Source: Methanoregula sp. (GTDB lineage: Archaea; Halobacteriota; Methanomicrobia; Methanomicrobiales; Methanospirillaceae). From it: 12,896 bases of DNA. A program made the position numbers and the translations under genes. The notes under the pieces are model-generated. The model saw nothing but the letters and a program-made list of their open reading frames with translations, was not told the DNA's origin and did no database searches. Position 1 is the stretch's first letter, and each line of letters starts with the position of its first letter. Positions 1-7,922 of the stretch are shown here, piece by piece. The stretch is from positions 1 through 12,896 of the forward strand of contig JBDKTL010000013.1 in the NCBI GenBank assembly GCA_039698055.1, given 5' to 3'.

Positions 1-2
1 TG

Positions 3-50
3 CGCAACTACAAGGAAATTGATGTAATCCAAGTCGGTTATCTTCCGTGA
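3..50 (+). CDS. Possible C-terminal fragment of a gene entering from the left (…RNYKEIDVIQVGYLP*)
   Basis: Frame 3 is open from the window edge to TGA at 48-50 and is followed by T-rich tracts (63-71, 84-88). Only 15 codons are visible, so no product can be assigned. Confidence 0.3.
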   Translation, partial: RNYKEIDVIQVGYLP

Positions 51-233
51 CTTGTCCACGGTCTTTTCTTCTGTCGTTAAATTATTTTGATCTGCCGGTT
101 TGATCCCGCTTTTGCGTAAGTCCTATGCTTTTTTAATGCAGGGGTCATTAAAGAATCTGGCAAATCTGGTTTCCCCCCATCGCGATTTTTTACGACAAAC
201 GGGTGCTCAACCGGCGATTTTTCCCTTGCCGCA

Positions 234-250
234 TATAATAAAAAGAAGGA
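234..250 (-). terminator. Oligo-T archaeal terminator after the hsp20-like gene
   Basis: The minus strand reads TCCTTCTTTTTATTATA immediately after the TAA stop at 251-253. Confidence 0.45.
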
Positions 251-667
251 TTAGTAGTGGGGCACTTTTTTAAGCGTGATATCCATGACACCCCGGTGCA
301 CCCGGTACGTGCTGTGGATCACGTCTATTTGTTTGTCCAGTTTGATCACGGTTGTGCTGTTATCCACGCAGATACGCACCTCATCCGGCTGGATGTCTGC
401 ATACGGGGCGTGAGCCGGGTCAGGTGGCAGCCCGGCGGTAACGAAAATGTTGCTGTCATTTTCCAGCACTTCGTAAGGTACTTCCCCGTCATCATCATCA
501 CCAACCACCCCAAAACTGGCCGGATCTCCGGATGGCTGGCGCGTGACGATGGTATACCCGATAATACGGGCGTGCTGCGCTTCCGGCATACTCCTGACAA
601 GTTCATCAACAATCTTTGCCAGGTTGTTGAAGACCTCATCATACGGATTGTTGGGATTATTCTGCAT
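251..667 (-). CDS. Small heat-shock protein, Hsp20/alpha-crystallin (CS-like) fold, archaeal type
   Basis: 138 aa. N-terminal helix followed by IIGYTIVT (compare the archaeal sHsp 'YGFSIT' segment). C-terminal beta-sandwich pattern 'VPYEVLENDSNIFVTAGLP…STYRVHRGVMDITLKK' resembles the sHsp 'A.y.NGvLeI.l.K' motif. GAGG RBS at 673-676; lies 13 bp downstream of an HSR1-like regulator. Confidence 0.75.
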   Translation of the reverse strand: MQNNPNNPYDEVFNNLAKIVDELVRSMPEAQHARIIGYTIVTRQPSGDPASFGVVGDDDDGEVPYEVLENDSNIFVTAGLPPDPAHAPYADIQPDEVRICVDNSTTVIKLDKQIDVIHSTYRVHRGVMDITLKKVPHY

Positions 668-680
668 TGGTTCCTCTTTT

Positions 681-1295
681 TTATAGGATATAGCGATCTT
701 TTTTTCGCTTCACGATACCGTTTTTCTCAAAACGTTTCAGGATTTCTGCAAGTTCATCCGGTGGGCTCCCGGTCGCATCTGCAAGTTCTGCATACGACAG
801 GGACTCATGGGAAAGTGCAATGAGTACAGTAAATTCTCGTTCGCTCCTGAATAAATCCTTGTGGTTGCGGGCAATGTCATTGAACTTTGTTTCGATATCG
901 TGGCCAAGGTTCTCAAGCGTGCTGAGGAGCTGGTCCTGCGCACGGATCATCTGCCCGAACATCGCGATGGACTGGCGGAGGTGTTCACCTTCTGCATTCT
1001 GCTCTGCTTGTTCCCGCATGACCATGCTGCTCTGCATACGCTGCAGGCTGACATCCACCAGAATATCGTTTGCCAGGTAGTAGTATTTTCTTCGGCGCTC
1101 ATCGATCTGGCAGGACAGGATCATCTCCCGTTCCATCATCTGGAGATGCTCGATCACCGCTTTAGGCGAGAGGGTCAGCGTTTCCGAGATCTCCGTAACA
1201 AAACAAGGCTTCTGCCGCAGCAGTTCGATGATTCGCCGCCGGTTCCGGTTCCCGAGGATATCCAGCAGCCGGGAGACCTCTTCCACATCACGCAT
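681..1295 (-). CDS. ArsR-type winged-helix transcriptional regulator, heat-shock repressor family (Phr/HSR1-like)
   Basis: 204 aa. N-terminal 'LLDILGNRNRRRIIELLRQKPCFVTEISETLTLSPKAVIEHLQMME…RRRKYY' is a wHTH characteristic of Phr/HSR1-like proteins; central Q/E-rich coiled-coil; second wHTH-like segment at the C-terminus; co-oriented with an Hsp20-like gene. Confidence 0.85.
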   Translation of the reverse strand: MRDVEEVSRLLDILGNRNRRRIIELLRQKPCFVTEISETLTLSPKAVIEHLQMMEREMILSCQIDERRRKYYYLANDILVDVSLQRMQSSMVMREQAEQNAEGEHLRQSIAMFGQMIRAQDQLLSTLENLGHDIETKFNDIARNHKDLFRSEREFTVLIALSHESLSYAELADATGSPPDELAEILKRFEKNGIVKRKKDRYIL

Positions 1296-1296
1296 A

Positions 1297-1312
1297 TTTA
1301 CTAAATGTTAGT
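1297..1312. promoter_or_regulatory. Putative HSR1-type operator (TTTAC-N5-GTTAG; nested palindrome ACTAA-ATG-TTAGT)
   Basis: 1297-1311 reads TTTAC TAAAT GTTAG, 8/10 match to the CTAAC-N5-GTTAG motif described for Archaeoglobus HSR1. It lies between the TATA box and the ATG of the regulator. Confidence 0.6.
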
Positions 1313-1320
1313 TTTTTCAG

Positions 1321-1343
1321 TATTTAAAACAATAATATTTTTC
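1321..1343 (-). promoter_or_regulatory. TATA box (TTTAAATA, 1328-1321) with A-rich upstream sequence for the regulator-hsp20 operon
   Basis: The minus strand reads GAAAAATATTATTGTTTTAAATA. The box is 26-33 nt upstream of ATG 1295 and no SD is present, consistent with a near-leaderless mRNA. Confidence 0.6.
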
Positions 1344-1560
1344 TGGCATGGTACCCGATATTTTTCCGTTATGCTTTTTCAAGCACCGATTAAGTAATGG
1401 GCAGAGGTTTTTTGCCCGGACTCTCACGTCAATGAGAACGTTGCGCCCCGCAGGATTTTCCGGTTTTTATGTACTAACAATTTCAAAAAAATAATATCCT
1501 CATTATATTCATCAACAATCATTAACTGTTCAGCAGACAAACAAGTACTGGAGATGGAAT

Positions 1561-1785
1561 ATGGAACGACAACCTGTTCAGTCGTGCATCCTGCGATCCG
1601 TAGGATACGATGACAATTTAAAAAATATGGAGATTGAATTCCATTCTGGACTCATTTACCAATATTCGGGTGTCCCATCCAAAGTATACGCCGACCTGAT
1701 GAGTTCTGCAGCTGTCGGGAAATTCTTCACAGATAAGGTCCGGAACCGGTTCCGGACCAAGCAGATGGTGTGCAAAGGCACCTGA
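1561..1785 (+). CDS. KTSC domain-containing protein
   Basis: 74 aa with the typical KTSC pattern 'V.S..lrsVGYD……eIEF.sG..YqY.gVP..vY..lm.s.s.GkFf…vr..f'. SD-like GGAGATG at 1550-1556; TATA-like TTATATTC at 1503-1510. Confidence 0.9.
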   Translation: MERQPVQSCILRSVGYDDNLKNMEIEFHSGLIYQYSGVPSKVYADLMSSAAVGKFFTDKVRNRFRTKQMVCKGT

Positions 1786-1796
1786 TCATCAACCCT

Positions 1797-1854
1797 GTTT
1801 TATTTTCGTGGGGCTCTTTACAAGGAAGAGCGCTCAATAAAAAAAAAGGAAAAA
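1797..1854. terminator. Bidirectional termination region between KTSC (+) and guaB (-)
   Basis: T-tracts on + (TTTTTATTTT, about 1797-1806), A-runs at 1839-1847 and 1850-1854 (T-tracts on -), and a hairpin GCTCTT(1813-1818)/AAGAGC(1826-1831) between them. Confidence 0.55.
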
Positions 1855-3324
1855 TTATTCAAAGAGCCGGTAGTTCGGTGCTTCGTCTGTTATGAGAATA
1901 TTGTGAGGATGGCTCTCGGTCATGCCGGCGTTTGTAATCCGGACAAATTTTGCTTTTGTGTGCATCTCGGCAATTGTCAGGGAACCTGAGTAGCCCATTG
2001 CGGATTTCAGCCCGCCTACTAACTGGTAGATCACTTCACCGACATGACCCACGTATGGTGTTACCCCTTCGACGCCTTCGGGCACAAACTTTGTTGAACC
2101 GATCTCTTTTTTCTGGAAATACCGGTCGCTGGACTGGCCGCTGCTCATGACACCCAGTGAGCCCATGCCCCGGTACTGTTTGTAGCGCCGGCCCTTGATG
2201 GTAATAATTTTTCCCGGTGCCTCATCCGTGCCGGCAAACATGCTGCCAAGCATGACGGTATCGGCACCGGCAGCGATCGCTTTTGCCACATCCCCGGAAT
2301 AGCGGACGCCCCCGTCTGCGATGATTGGCACACCGGCTGGGCCCATGATGTCTGCCACATGTGCAATCGCCGTCACCTGTGGGACACCGGTACCCGCAAC
2401 GATACGCGTGGTACAGATTGAACCGGGTCCGATACCCACTTTAATCCCGTCCACGTTTGCTTCCAGCAGGGCTTGTGCTGCTTCACTGGTTGCGATATTG
2501 CCGGCAATGACATCGGCACTGACACTGCCTTTGATATCTTTGACCGCTGCAACCACTTTCATATTATGTCCATGGGCGCAGTCCACAATCAGTGCGTCGG
2601 CACCATGCTCATCAAGGAGGGTTGCCCGGGCAAAATCAAAGGGTCCGACTGCTGCTGCAACACGGAGATTCCCTTTTGCATCCCGGGTTGCATTTGGGTA
2701 CTGTCGTTTTTCCAGGATATCCTGCATCGTAATAATACCGATCAGTTTTCCCTTTTTATCGACAACGGGGAGGCGCTCGACTTTGTTGGTGTACATGACT
2801 TCAAGCGCTTTTTCCCCGGTAATATCCTCCTCTGCGGTGATGGGCTTCCTGGTCATGATGGTCGTGATGCTCTCACCGCCCTGACGGGACACAATCGCCC
2901 GGACATCACGCCGTGAAACAATCCCGATGATCTTTCCTTTATCAACGACCGGTACCCCGCCGATACTGTACTGGTTCATCAGCCGCTCGGCATCCGAGAC
3001 TGTTGCACCTTCTTCCACGTAGAGCACATCGCGCTCGATGAGCTCTTCAGCCTGCTTGACAAAGATGAGCTCCTGGAGTTCGTGCTCGGGAGTCATATTC
3101 CGGTGAATAACCCCGATGCCTCCCTCCCGTGCGAGCGCGATGGCCATCGTGGACTCGGTCACCGTGTCCATCGCAGCAGACACAAGCGGGATGTTCAGGT
3201 TGATATTTTTGGAAAACTTTGAACGGGTATCGGCCTCGGCAGGTTCAATCCACGAAGCCTGTGGTTCGAGCAGCACATCGTCAAAAGTGAGGGAAAGCGG
3301 GACATCAAGTTTTTTGGTAAACAT
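1855..3324 (-). CDS. guaB: Inosine-5'-monophosphate dehydrogenase with CBS pair
   Basis: 489 aa. Motifs [17 protein letters not shown], catalytic [27 protein letters not shown] and ESHPH; CBS subdomain at about aa 95-205. Confidence 0.98.
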   Translation of the reverse strand: MFTKKLDVPLSLTFDDVLLEPQASWIEPAEADTRSKFSKNINLNIPLVSAAMDTVTESTMAIALAREGGIGVIHRNMTPEHELQELIFVKQAEELIERDVLYVEEGATVSDAERLMNQYSIGGVPVVDKGKIIGIVSRRDVRAIVSRQGGESITTIMTRKPITAEEDITGEKALEVMYTNKVERLPVVDKKGKLIGIITMQDILEKRQYPNATRDAKGNLRVAAAVGPFDFARATLLDEHGADALIVDCAHGHNMKVVAAVKDIKGSVSADVIAGNIATSEAAQALLEANVDGIKVGIGPGSICTTRIVAGTGVPQVTAIAHVADIMGPAGVPIIADGGVRYSGDVAKAIAAGADTVMLGSMFAGTDEAPGKIITIKGRRYKQYRGMGSLGVMSSGQSSDRYFQKKEIGSTKFVPEGVEGVTPYVGHVGEVIYQLVGGLKSAMGYSGSLTIAEMHTKAKFVRITNAGMTESHPHNILITDEAPNYRLFE

Positions 3325-3327
3325 ACT

Positions 3328-4014
3328 TCACCTGATTCTGGCAAGTGCGGTCATGACGAGGTCTTCGCGGATGGTCGTGTTCCTGTCGCCTCCGCAGACC
3401 ATCCCCCGCACGCCGATAATATCCGGATCGATTCGTTTCAATGCATCGATATCTTCAAACTTCAGCGAACCTGCAAGTGCGGTGCCGAGCCCGAGTTTTT
3501 TGTTGGTGTCGGTAAATGAGCGGAGCACTTCCTCGTTCATGAAGGAAAACGTGCTCCTTCCATCTTTCACACCGGTGTCAACCATCGCAAAATCGGCGCC
3601 ACACTCTGCTGCGATCGGTGCCATATCAAAGGGAGAGATTGAATTCATCCGTTCATAATCCGAGTAGCCGGCGATTACGACAAACTTTTTCGGGAATTCG
3701 TCCTTGACTGCCTTTACGACGGCAGAGATGACGTCACGGGCCCTCTCGTTTCCGTTGAAAGCCAGCCCAATCTTCACGTAGTCTGCACCCGCACAGGCGG
3801 CACCATACGCGGTCAGCGCAGCACCTCCCGGTTTATACGAAAAATCGCCGATTGCCGCACTCACCGGTTTTTTACAAAATTCCTTGATCTCGCGGATCAC
3901 CCAGGGAAAATTTGCACCAAGTGAGCCCTCAGAAGGCTTTTTTACATCGATAATGTCAGCGGCTATCGAGCTTTTTGCTTCGTCAATGCTGCTGGGGCTG
4001 ACCAACAATTGCAT
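3328..4014 (-). CDS. mfnB: (5-formylfuran-3-yl)methyl phosphate (4-HFC-P) synthase, methanofuran biosynthesis (DUF556)
   Basis: 228 aa. 'LLVSP…EA….ADIIDVKKPSEGSLGANFPWVIREI', 'VSAAIGD..YKPG', 'DYVKIG', 'MVDTGVKDG', 'ALAGSL' and 'DIIGVRG.VC' match the MJ1099/MfnB family, including the Asp/Lys catalytic positions. Confidence 0.93.
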   Translation of the reverse strand: MQLLVSPSSIDEAKSSIAADIIDVKKPSEGSLGANFPWVIREIKEFCKKPVSAAIGDFSYKPGGAALTAYGAACAGADYVKIGLAFNGNERARDVISAVVKAVKDEFPKKFVVIAGYSDYERMNSISPFDMAPIAAECGADFAMVDTGVKDGRSTFSFMNEEVLRSFTDTNKKLGLGTALAGSLKFEDIDALKRIDPDIIGVRGMVCGGDRNTTIREDLVMTALARIR

Positions 4015-4056
4015 AAAGTTTAATGATCTTTTATCCTAATAGTGATTGCTATACCC
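4015..4056. promoter_or_regulatory. Compact bidirectional promoter region (42 bp) between mfnB and the HisA/F-like gene
   Basis: AT-rich 42-bp spacer between divergent ATGs, with TTTTATCC at about 4029-4036 on + and TATTAGGA-like sequence on -. No SD for either gene. Confidence 0.45.
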
Positions 4057-4728
4057 ATGGAACTGGTGCTTGCGATGGATTTGCGGCGCAATTTGGTCGT
4101 ACATGGCCAAAAGGGCGAACGTGCGACATATAAACCGCTGGACTGGGGCTGTTCTCCGACGGCAGAACCGGTAGGTTTTATCCGTTCGATCGCGCCCCGG
4201 TACCTGTATATTGCAGATCTCGATCGCATCGAAGGCACCGGTTCTCATGATGAGATTATCCGTGATTGTGCGAGGCTCGTGGACCGCTGCTACGTTGACC
4301 GGGGGTGCCGTTTTCCCGGCGACATGCTCACCGGCGAGCATATAACCAATATTGTCGGCACGGAAACCGGGGGAGCCGATCTGCAAAAATATCATGGGGG
4401 CTTGTTGAGTATCGACGTGAAAGAGGGGCATGTCCTCCCGTTGGGTGTTGATCCCGTTGACATGCTCGCATCTGTCAAGGACGCGGATTTTGACGGGTGT
4501 ATCCTGCTGAACCTCGGTGCGGTCGGAACACAAAAAGGCATTGACCCGGTAACCCTTCATGCCTGGAGGTCAGCGTATGACGGACGATTGTTCTATGGCG
4601 GCGGGGTTGCAACCGTTGACGATCTCGAAGCGATCGGCCGTGCTGGTTTTGACGGTGCAATTATTGCAACCGCACTGCACCGGGGTGCTGTCCCGCTTGC
4701 ATGGATCCGGGAGGGAACCTGTTGTTAA
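4057..4728 (+). CDS. HisA/HisF-related TIM-barrel protein (not canonical HisA)
   Basis: 'LVLAMDL….VVHG..GER..Y.P', 'LYIADLDRI.G.G', 'LSIDVKEG', 'ILLNLGAVGT..G', 'FYGGGV….DL' and 'GAIIATALH.G' give a (beta/alpha)8 HisA-like pattern. ATG 4057 is preferred over GTG 4042 because the family begins directly at strand beta1. Confidence 0.85.
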   Translation: MELVLAMDLRRNLVVHGQKGERATYKPLDWGCSPTAEPVGFIRSIAPRYLYIADLDRIEGTGSHDEIIRDCARLVDRCYVDRGCRFPGDMLTGEHITNIVGTETGGADLQKYHGGLLSIDVKEGHVLPLGVDPVDMLASVKDADFDGCILLNLGAVGTQKGIDPVTLHAWRSAYDGRLFYGGGVATVDDLEAIGRAGFDGAIIATALHRGAVPLAWIREGTCC

Positions 4729-5339
4729 TAACTATAGAAGGAATAGACGGGAGCGGTAAAAGCACGCTGCTGTCAGCGCTCAAAGGGCTGTTGGCCGATC
4801 TCGATCCGATTTTCACCCGGGAACCGGGTGCAACATGGGTGGGCGAATCAGTACGCCGGGCGATTGCCGAACAGATTGATCCGATCACAGAAGCTACGCT
4901 TTTTGTTGCGGATCATGCTGCCCATCTCGCAAAAATAATTCGCCCGGCACTCGCTGATGACCGGCTTGTTATATCCGACCGGTACACGGACAGCCGGTAC
5001 GCTTACCAGTCCGTCACCCTCGATGGCGTGATCCCAGATCCTCTTACATGGCTCAAAGCAATGCACAACGGCTGGTCGATTGTCCCGGACAAAACCTTCC
5101 TGCTTGTCATTCCTATTGATGATGCACTTCTCCGGCTCTCAGAAAAGACCGGGCGGGAACATTTCGAGCGGCGCGAGATCCTTGAAAAAGTCCAGAATAA
5201 TTATCTTGAATATGCCCGGGCCGAACCCTCCCGGTTTGTCATCGTCGACGCAAAAAAAGATAAAAATGAGATGGCGGCGTTTGTCGCACAGGCCATCCGG
5301 TTTACTTTGCAATCGTCACGATCACATCGCCGACCGTGA
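4722..5339 (+). CDS. tmk: Thymidylate (dTMP) kinase
   Basis: P-loop [34 protein letters not shown] and FE…LEKV..NY. Likely start is TTG 4722 with SD GGAGGG at 4710-4715 (the ORF track extends to ATG 4701); overlaps the upstream stop at 4726-4728. Confidence 0.95.
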   Translation: MLITIEGIDGSGKSTLLSALKGLLADLDPIFTREPGATWVGESVRRAIAEQIDPITEATLFVADHAAHLAKIIRPALADDRLVISDRYTDSRYAYQSVTLDGVIPDPLTWLKAMHNGWSIVPDKTFLLVIPIDDALLRLSEKTGREHFERREILEKVQNNYLEYARAEPSRFVIVDAKKDKNEMAAFVAQAIRFTLQSSRSHRRP

Positions 5340-7890
5340 TGACATCCACTTTTGACCCTTCTTCCATATAGGAATACTTCGGGGTAAATGCATTCTCCGG
5401 GACGGCAACATCCATCCCATCAAGTTTGATCGTTTCTGGCGGGTGAGCCAGTTCTTCAGGTGAGAGCGCCTTGATTGCGTTCATGAACTCCTGCGCCTGT
5501 TTGCGGAACGTGGGCCCGATGACCGAGCGGTTGAAGTCGATATCTGTGATCACCCGGTCGAGTTTTGCCATGTCCGTACGCCAGTGAACGTCAGCATTGA
5601 GCGTGCGCCCGGTGTCGCCTTCATCGTTTACTGTATGCGGTGCGTAGACGGTGACTTTCCCGATGGGCGCGTTGAGGGCAAGGCCGGTGTCGTGCTTGTA
5701 CTTGCGGACTTCTGCGACTACCTTCACGAGCAGGTTTCCTTCTGCGCGGGCTGCATCATCGTCATAGGTGAATGAAACCCACGGCTGATTGTGAACACTG
5801 CCGTTGCCAAGGTACGAGTAACATTCCTCCGCAAAGTAAGGTGTGAACGGTGCAAGCATCCGGCAGAGCGCGTCGTATGCAGTATGGAGCACAAGACAAG
5901 CGCTTCGGCGCGATGTATCGTTTGCATATAACCGGCCTTTGGAGAGCTCGATATAGTTGTCGGCAAGCACGTCCCATGCAAATTCACGGATTGCCTTTAA
6001 CGCGATATCGAACTGGTAATGTTCAAGCGCATCCGTTACTGCCTCTATCGTATCCGAGAGCCTGACCAGCAGCCAGCGATCGGCAAGAGCCGTAACCGGG
6101 GCATTCTTGTCAAGCCCCTCTTTTTCCAGCTGGATCAGGGCATACCGTGCGATGTTCCACATCTTGGTCTGGAACCGGGACGCTGCAACCACGTCATTCC
6201 AGGAAAACATGATGTCAGAGCCCATCGCCGCGCCGGTGGCAGCCCATTGCCTGAGGGCATCTGCACCGTATTTTCCGACAAGCTCTTCGGGCACGATCAC
6301 ATTGCCCCGGCTCTTGCTCATCTTGAAACCGTCTTCGCCAAGCACCATACCGTTGACGACAATCTCATCCCATGGCTTACTGCCGGTCAGTGCGACCGAC
6401 CGGAGAATGGAGTAAAATGCCCATGTCCTTATGATATCGTGGCCCTGGGGGCGGATCTGTGCCGGGAAAATTTTTGGTTTCCCGCTGCCGTCCCAGCCGG
6501 TAACGTTGAGGACGCTGATCGATGAATCCATCCACGTATCAAGCACGTCCTGTTCCCCGGCAAATTCGGTGCTGCCGCACTTCGGGCACGGGTGCTTTGG
6601 CTGTGTCAGCGTAGGATCGCACGGCAGATCGTTCTCGTCTGGCACCACAATCTCGCCGCATTGTTTACAGGACCAGACCGGAATCGGCGTGGCAAAAACC
6701 CGCTGGCGGGAGATGCACCAGTCCCATTCCATCTGGGTGATCCAGTTTTCCATCCGCAAAAACATGTGTTCCGGATACCACTTGATCTGGCGTGCGGCAT
6801 CCAGTATCTCGTCCTGCCGGATCCTGACAAACCACTGGCGTTCGGAGAGGATCTCGATGGGTGTTTTGCAGCGCCAGCAGGTGCCGACGCGCTGCTCGAG
6901 TTTTTCCTGTTTATGGAGGATGTCTGCCGATTTCATATCCAGAAGGATCGCTTTTCGGCATTCTGTTGTGTTCATCCCTTTGTACTTGCCGGCAATGTCG
7001 GTCATCCTGCCTTTGCGATCGATTGCTTTACGGAGGGCAAGGTTGTGCTGTTTCCACCAGTGGACATCCTGCTTGTCCCCAAACGTACAGATCATAACCG
7101 CACCCGAACCAAACGACGGATCAACTGCCTCGTCCTGCACGACCGGAACCTGGTGCCCAAAGAGTGGAACGGTCATGGTCTTTGCTTTCAGCGCGTGGTA
7201 CCGCTTGTCTTCGGGATGAACCGCTACTGCAACGCAGGCTGCGAGAAGTTCCGGACGGGTGGTTGCGATTTCCACGCCATCGAAATCGAAATAGTTGAGC
7301 TGGGTCTCGCGATCTTCGTAGGTAACCTCTGCAAATGCGATTGCCGTCTCGCACCGGGTGCAGAAGTTTACCGGGTGCTCGCTCTGGTAGATGTAGCCGG
7401 ATTTAAGCATCCTCAAAAACGAGAGCTGGGTTTTTGAGTAATACTTCGGCATCATCGTGATGTACTCGTTGCTCCAGTCGGTAGAAAATGCCATGCGCCG
7501 GAGCGTGAGACGCATCTGCTCGATATTTTTTATCGTGAGATCCCGGCACATCTTACGGAACTCTTCGCGGGAGACATCGTTTTTGGTGATATGGTTGAGT
7601 TCCTCCACTTTCACTTCCGTGGGAAGCCCGTGGCAGTCCCACCCCTGCGGGAACATCACGTTAAACCCTTTCATCCGTTTATAGCGGGCAAAAAAATCGA
7701 TATAACACCAGTTCAATGCATTGCCGATATGGAAATTGCCTGTCGGATAGGGCGGGGGCGTATCGATCACGAACTGCGGTTTGTCCGAGTTGGGGTCAAA
7801 GTAGTGGTCCTCGTCGCGCCAGGTATTCCGCCAGCGCTCCTCCACCACGGCAAAATCATAGTTTTTTGGCAGCTGATCAGAGGGTACCAT
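5302..7890 (-). CDS. valS: Valine--tRNA ligase (archaeal type)
   Basis: 862 aa. [14 protein letters not shown] (HIGH motif), [49 protein letters not shown] and KMSKS, with several CxxC zinc knuckles. Confidence 0.98.
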   Translation of the reverse strand: MVPSDQLPKNYDFAVVEERWRNTWRDEDHYFDPNSDKPQFVIDTPPPYPTGNFHIGNALNWCYIDFFARYKRMKGFNVMFPQGWDCHGLPTEVKVEELNHITKNDVSREEFRKMCRDLTIKNIEQMRLTLRRMAFSTDWSNEYITMMPKYYSKTQLSFLRMLKSGYIYQSEHPVNFCTRCETAIAFAEVTYEDRETQLNYFDFDGVEIATTRPELLAACVAVAVHPEDKRYHALKAKTMTVPLFGHQVPVVQDEAVDPSFGSGAVMICTFGDKQDVHWWKQHNLALRKAIDRKGRMTDIAGKYKGMNTTECRKAILLDMKSADILHKQEKLEQRVGTCWRCKTPIEILSERQWFVRIRQDEILDAARQIKWYPEHMFLRMENWITQMEWDWCISRQRVFATPIPVWSCKQCGEIVVPDENDLPCDPTLTQPKHPCPKCGSTEFAGEQDVLDTWMDSSISVLNVTGWDGSGKPKIFPAQIRPQGHDIIRTWAFYSILRSVALTGSKPWDEIVVNGMVLGEDGFKMSKSRGNVIVPEELVGKYGADALRQWAATGAAMGSDIMFSWNDVVAASRFQTKMWNIARYALIQLEKEGLDKNAPVTALADRWLLVRLSDTIEAVTDALEHYQFDIALKAIREFAWDVLADNYIELSKGRLYANDTSRRSACLVLHTAYDALCRMLAPFTPYFAEECYSYLGNGSVHNQPWVSFTYDDDAARAEGNLLVKVVAEVRKYKHDTGLALNAPIGKVTVYAPHTVNDEGDTGRTLNADVHWRTDMAKLDRVITDIDFNRSVIGPTFRKQAQEFMNAIKALSPEELAHPPETIKLDGMDVAVPENAFTPKYSYMEEGSKVDVITVGDVIVTIAK

Positions 7891-7908
7891 TCCGCAAAGG
7901 ATTGGTCG

Positions 7909-7922
7909 TTAAATAAAATATA
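7909..7922 (-). promoter_or_regulatory. TATA-like element for valS
   Basis: The minus strand reads TATATTTTATTTAA about 19-32 nt upstream of ATG 7890. No SD is visible, so the transcript is probably leaderless. Confidence 0.45.

Noticed and set aside
257-1304. + strand ORFs of 188, 86 and 147 aa
   Set aside because: Antisense shadows of the hsp20-like and regulator genes, with no recognisable motifs or RBS.
1783-1831. KTSC TGA followed by a hairpin, considered as selenocysteine read-through/SECIS
   Set aside because: The KTSC domain is complete before the TGA, the hairpin lacks archaeal SECIS features I can identify, and it is explained as part of a convergent terminator.
1950-3658. + strand ORFs of 66, 187, 147 and 180 aa
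   Set aside because: Antisense to guaB/mfnB, with the Ser/Thr/Ala-rich composition typical of reverse-frame artefacts.
4020-4560. - strand ORFs of 174 and 72 aa ending just upstream of mfnB
   Set aside because: Fully overlap the HisA/F-like gene, which has clear family motifs; these have none.
4701-4721. ATG 4701 as the tmk start
   Set aside because: The extension MDPGGNL covers the SD GGAGGG; TTG 4722 fits both SD spacing and the family N-terminus.
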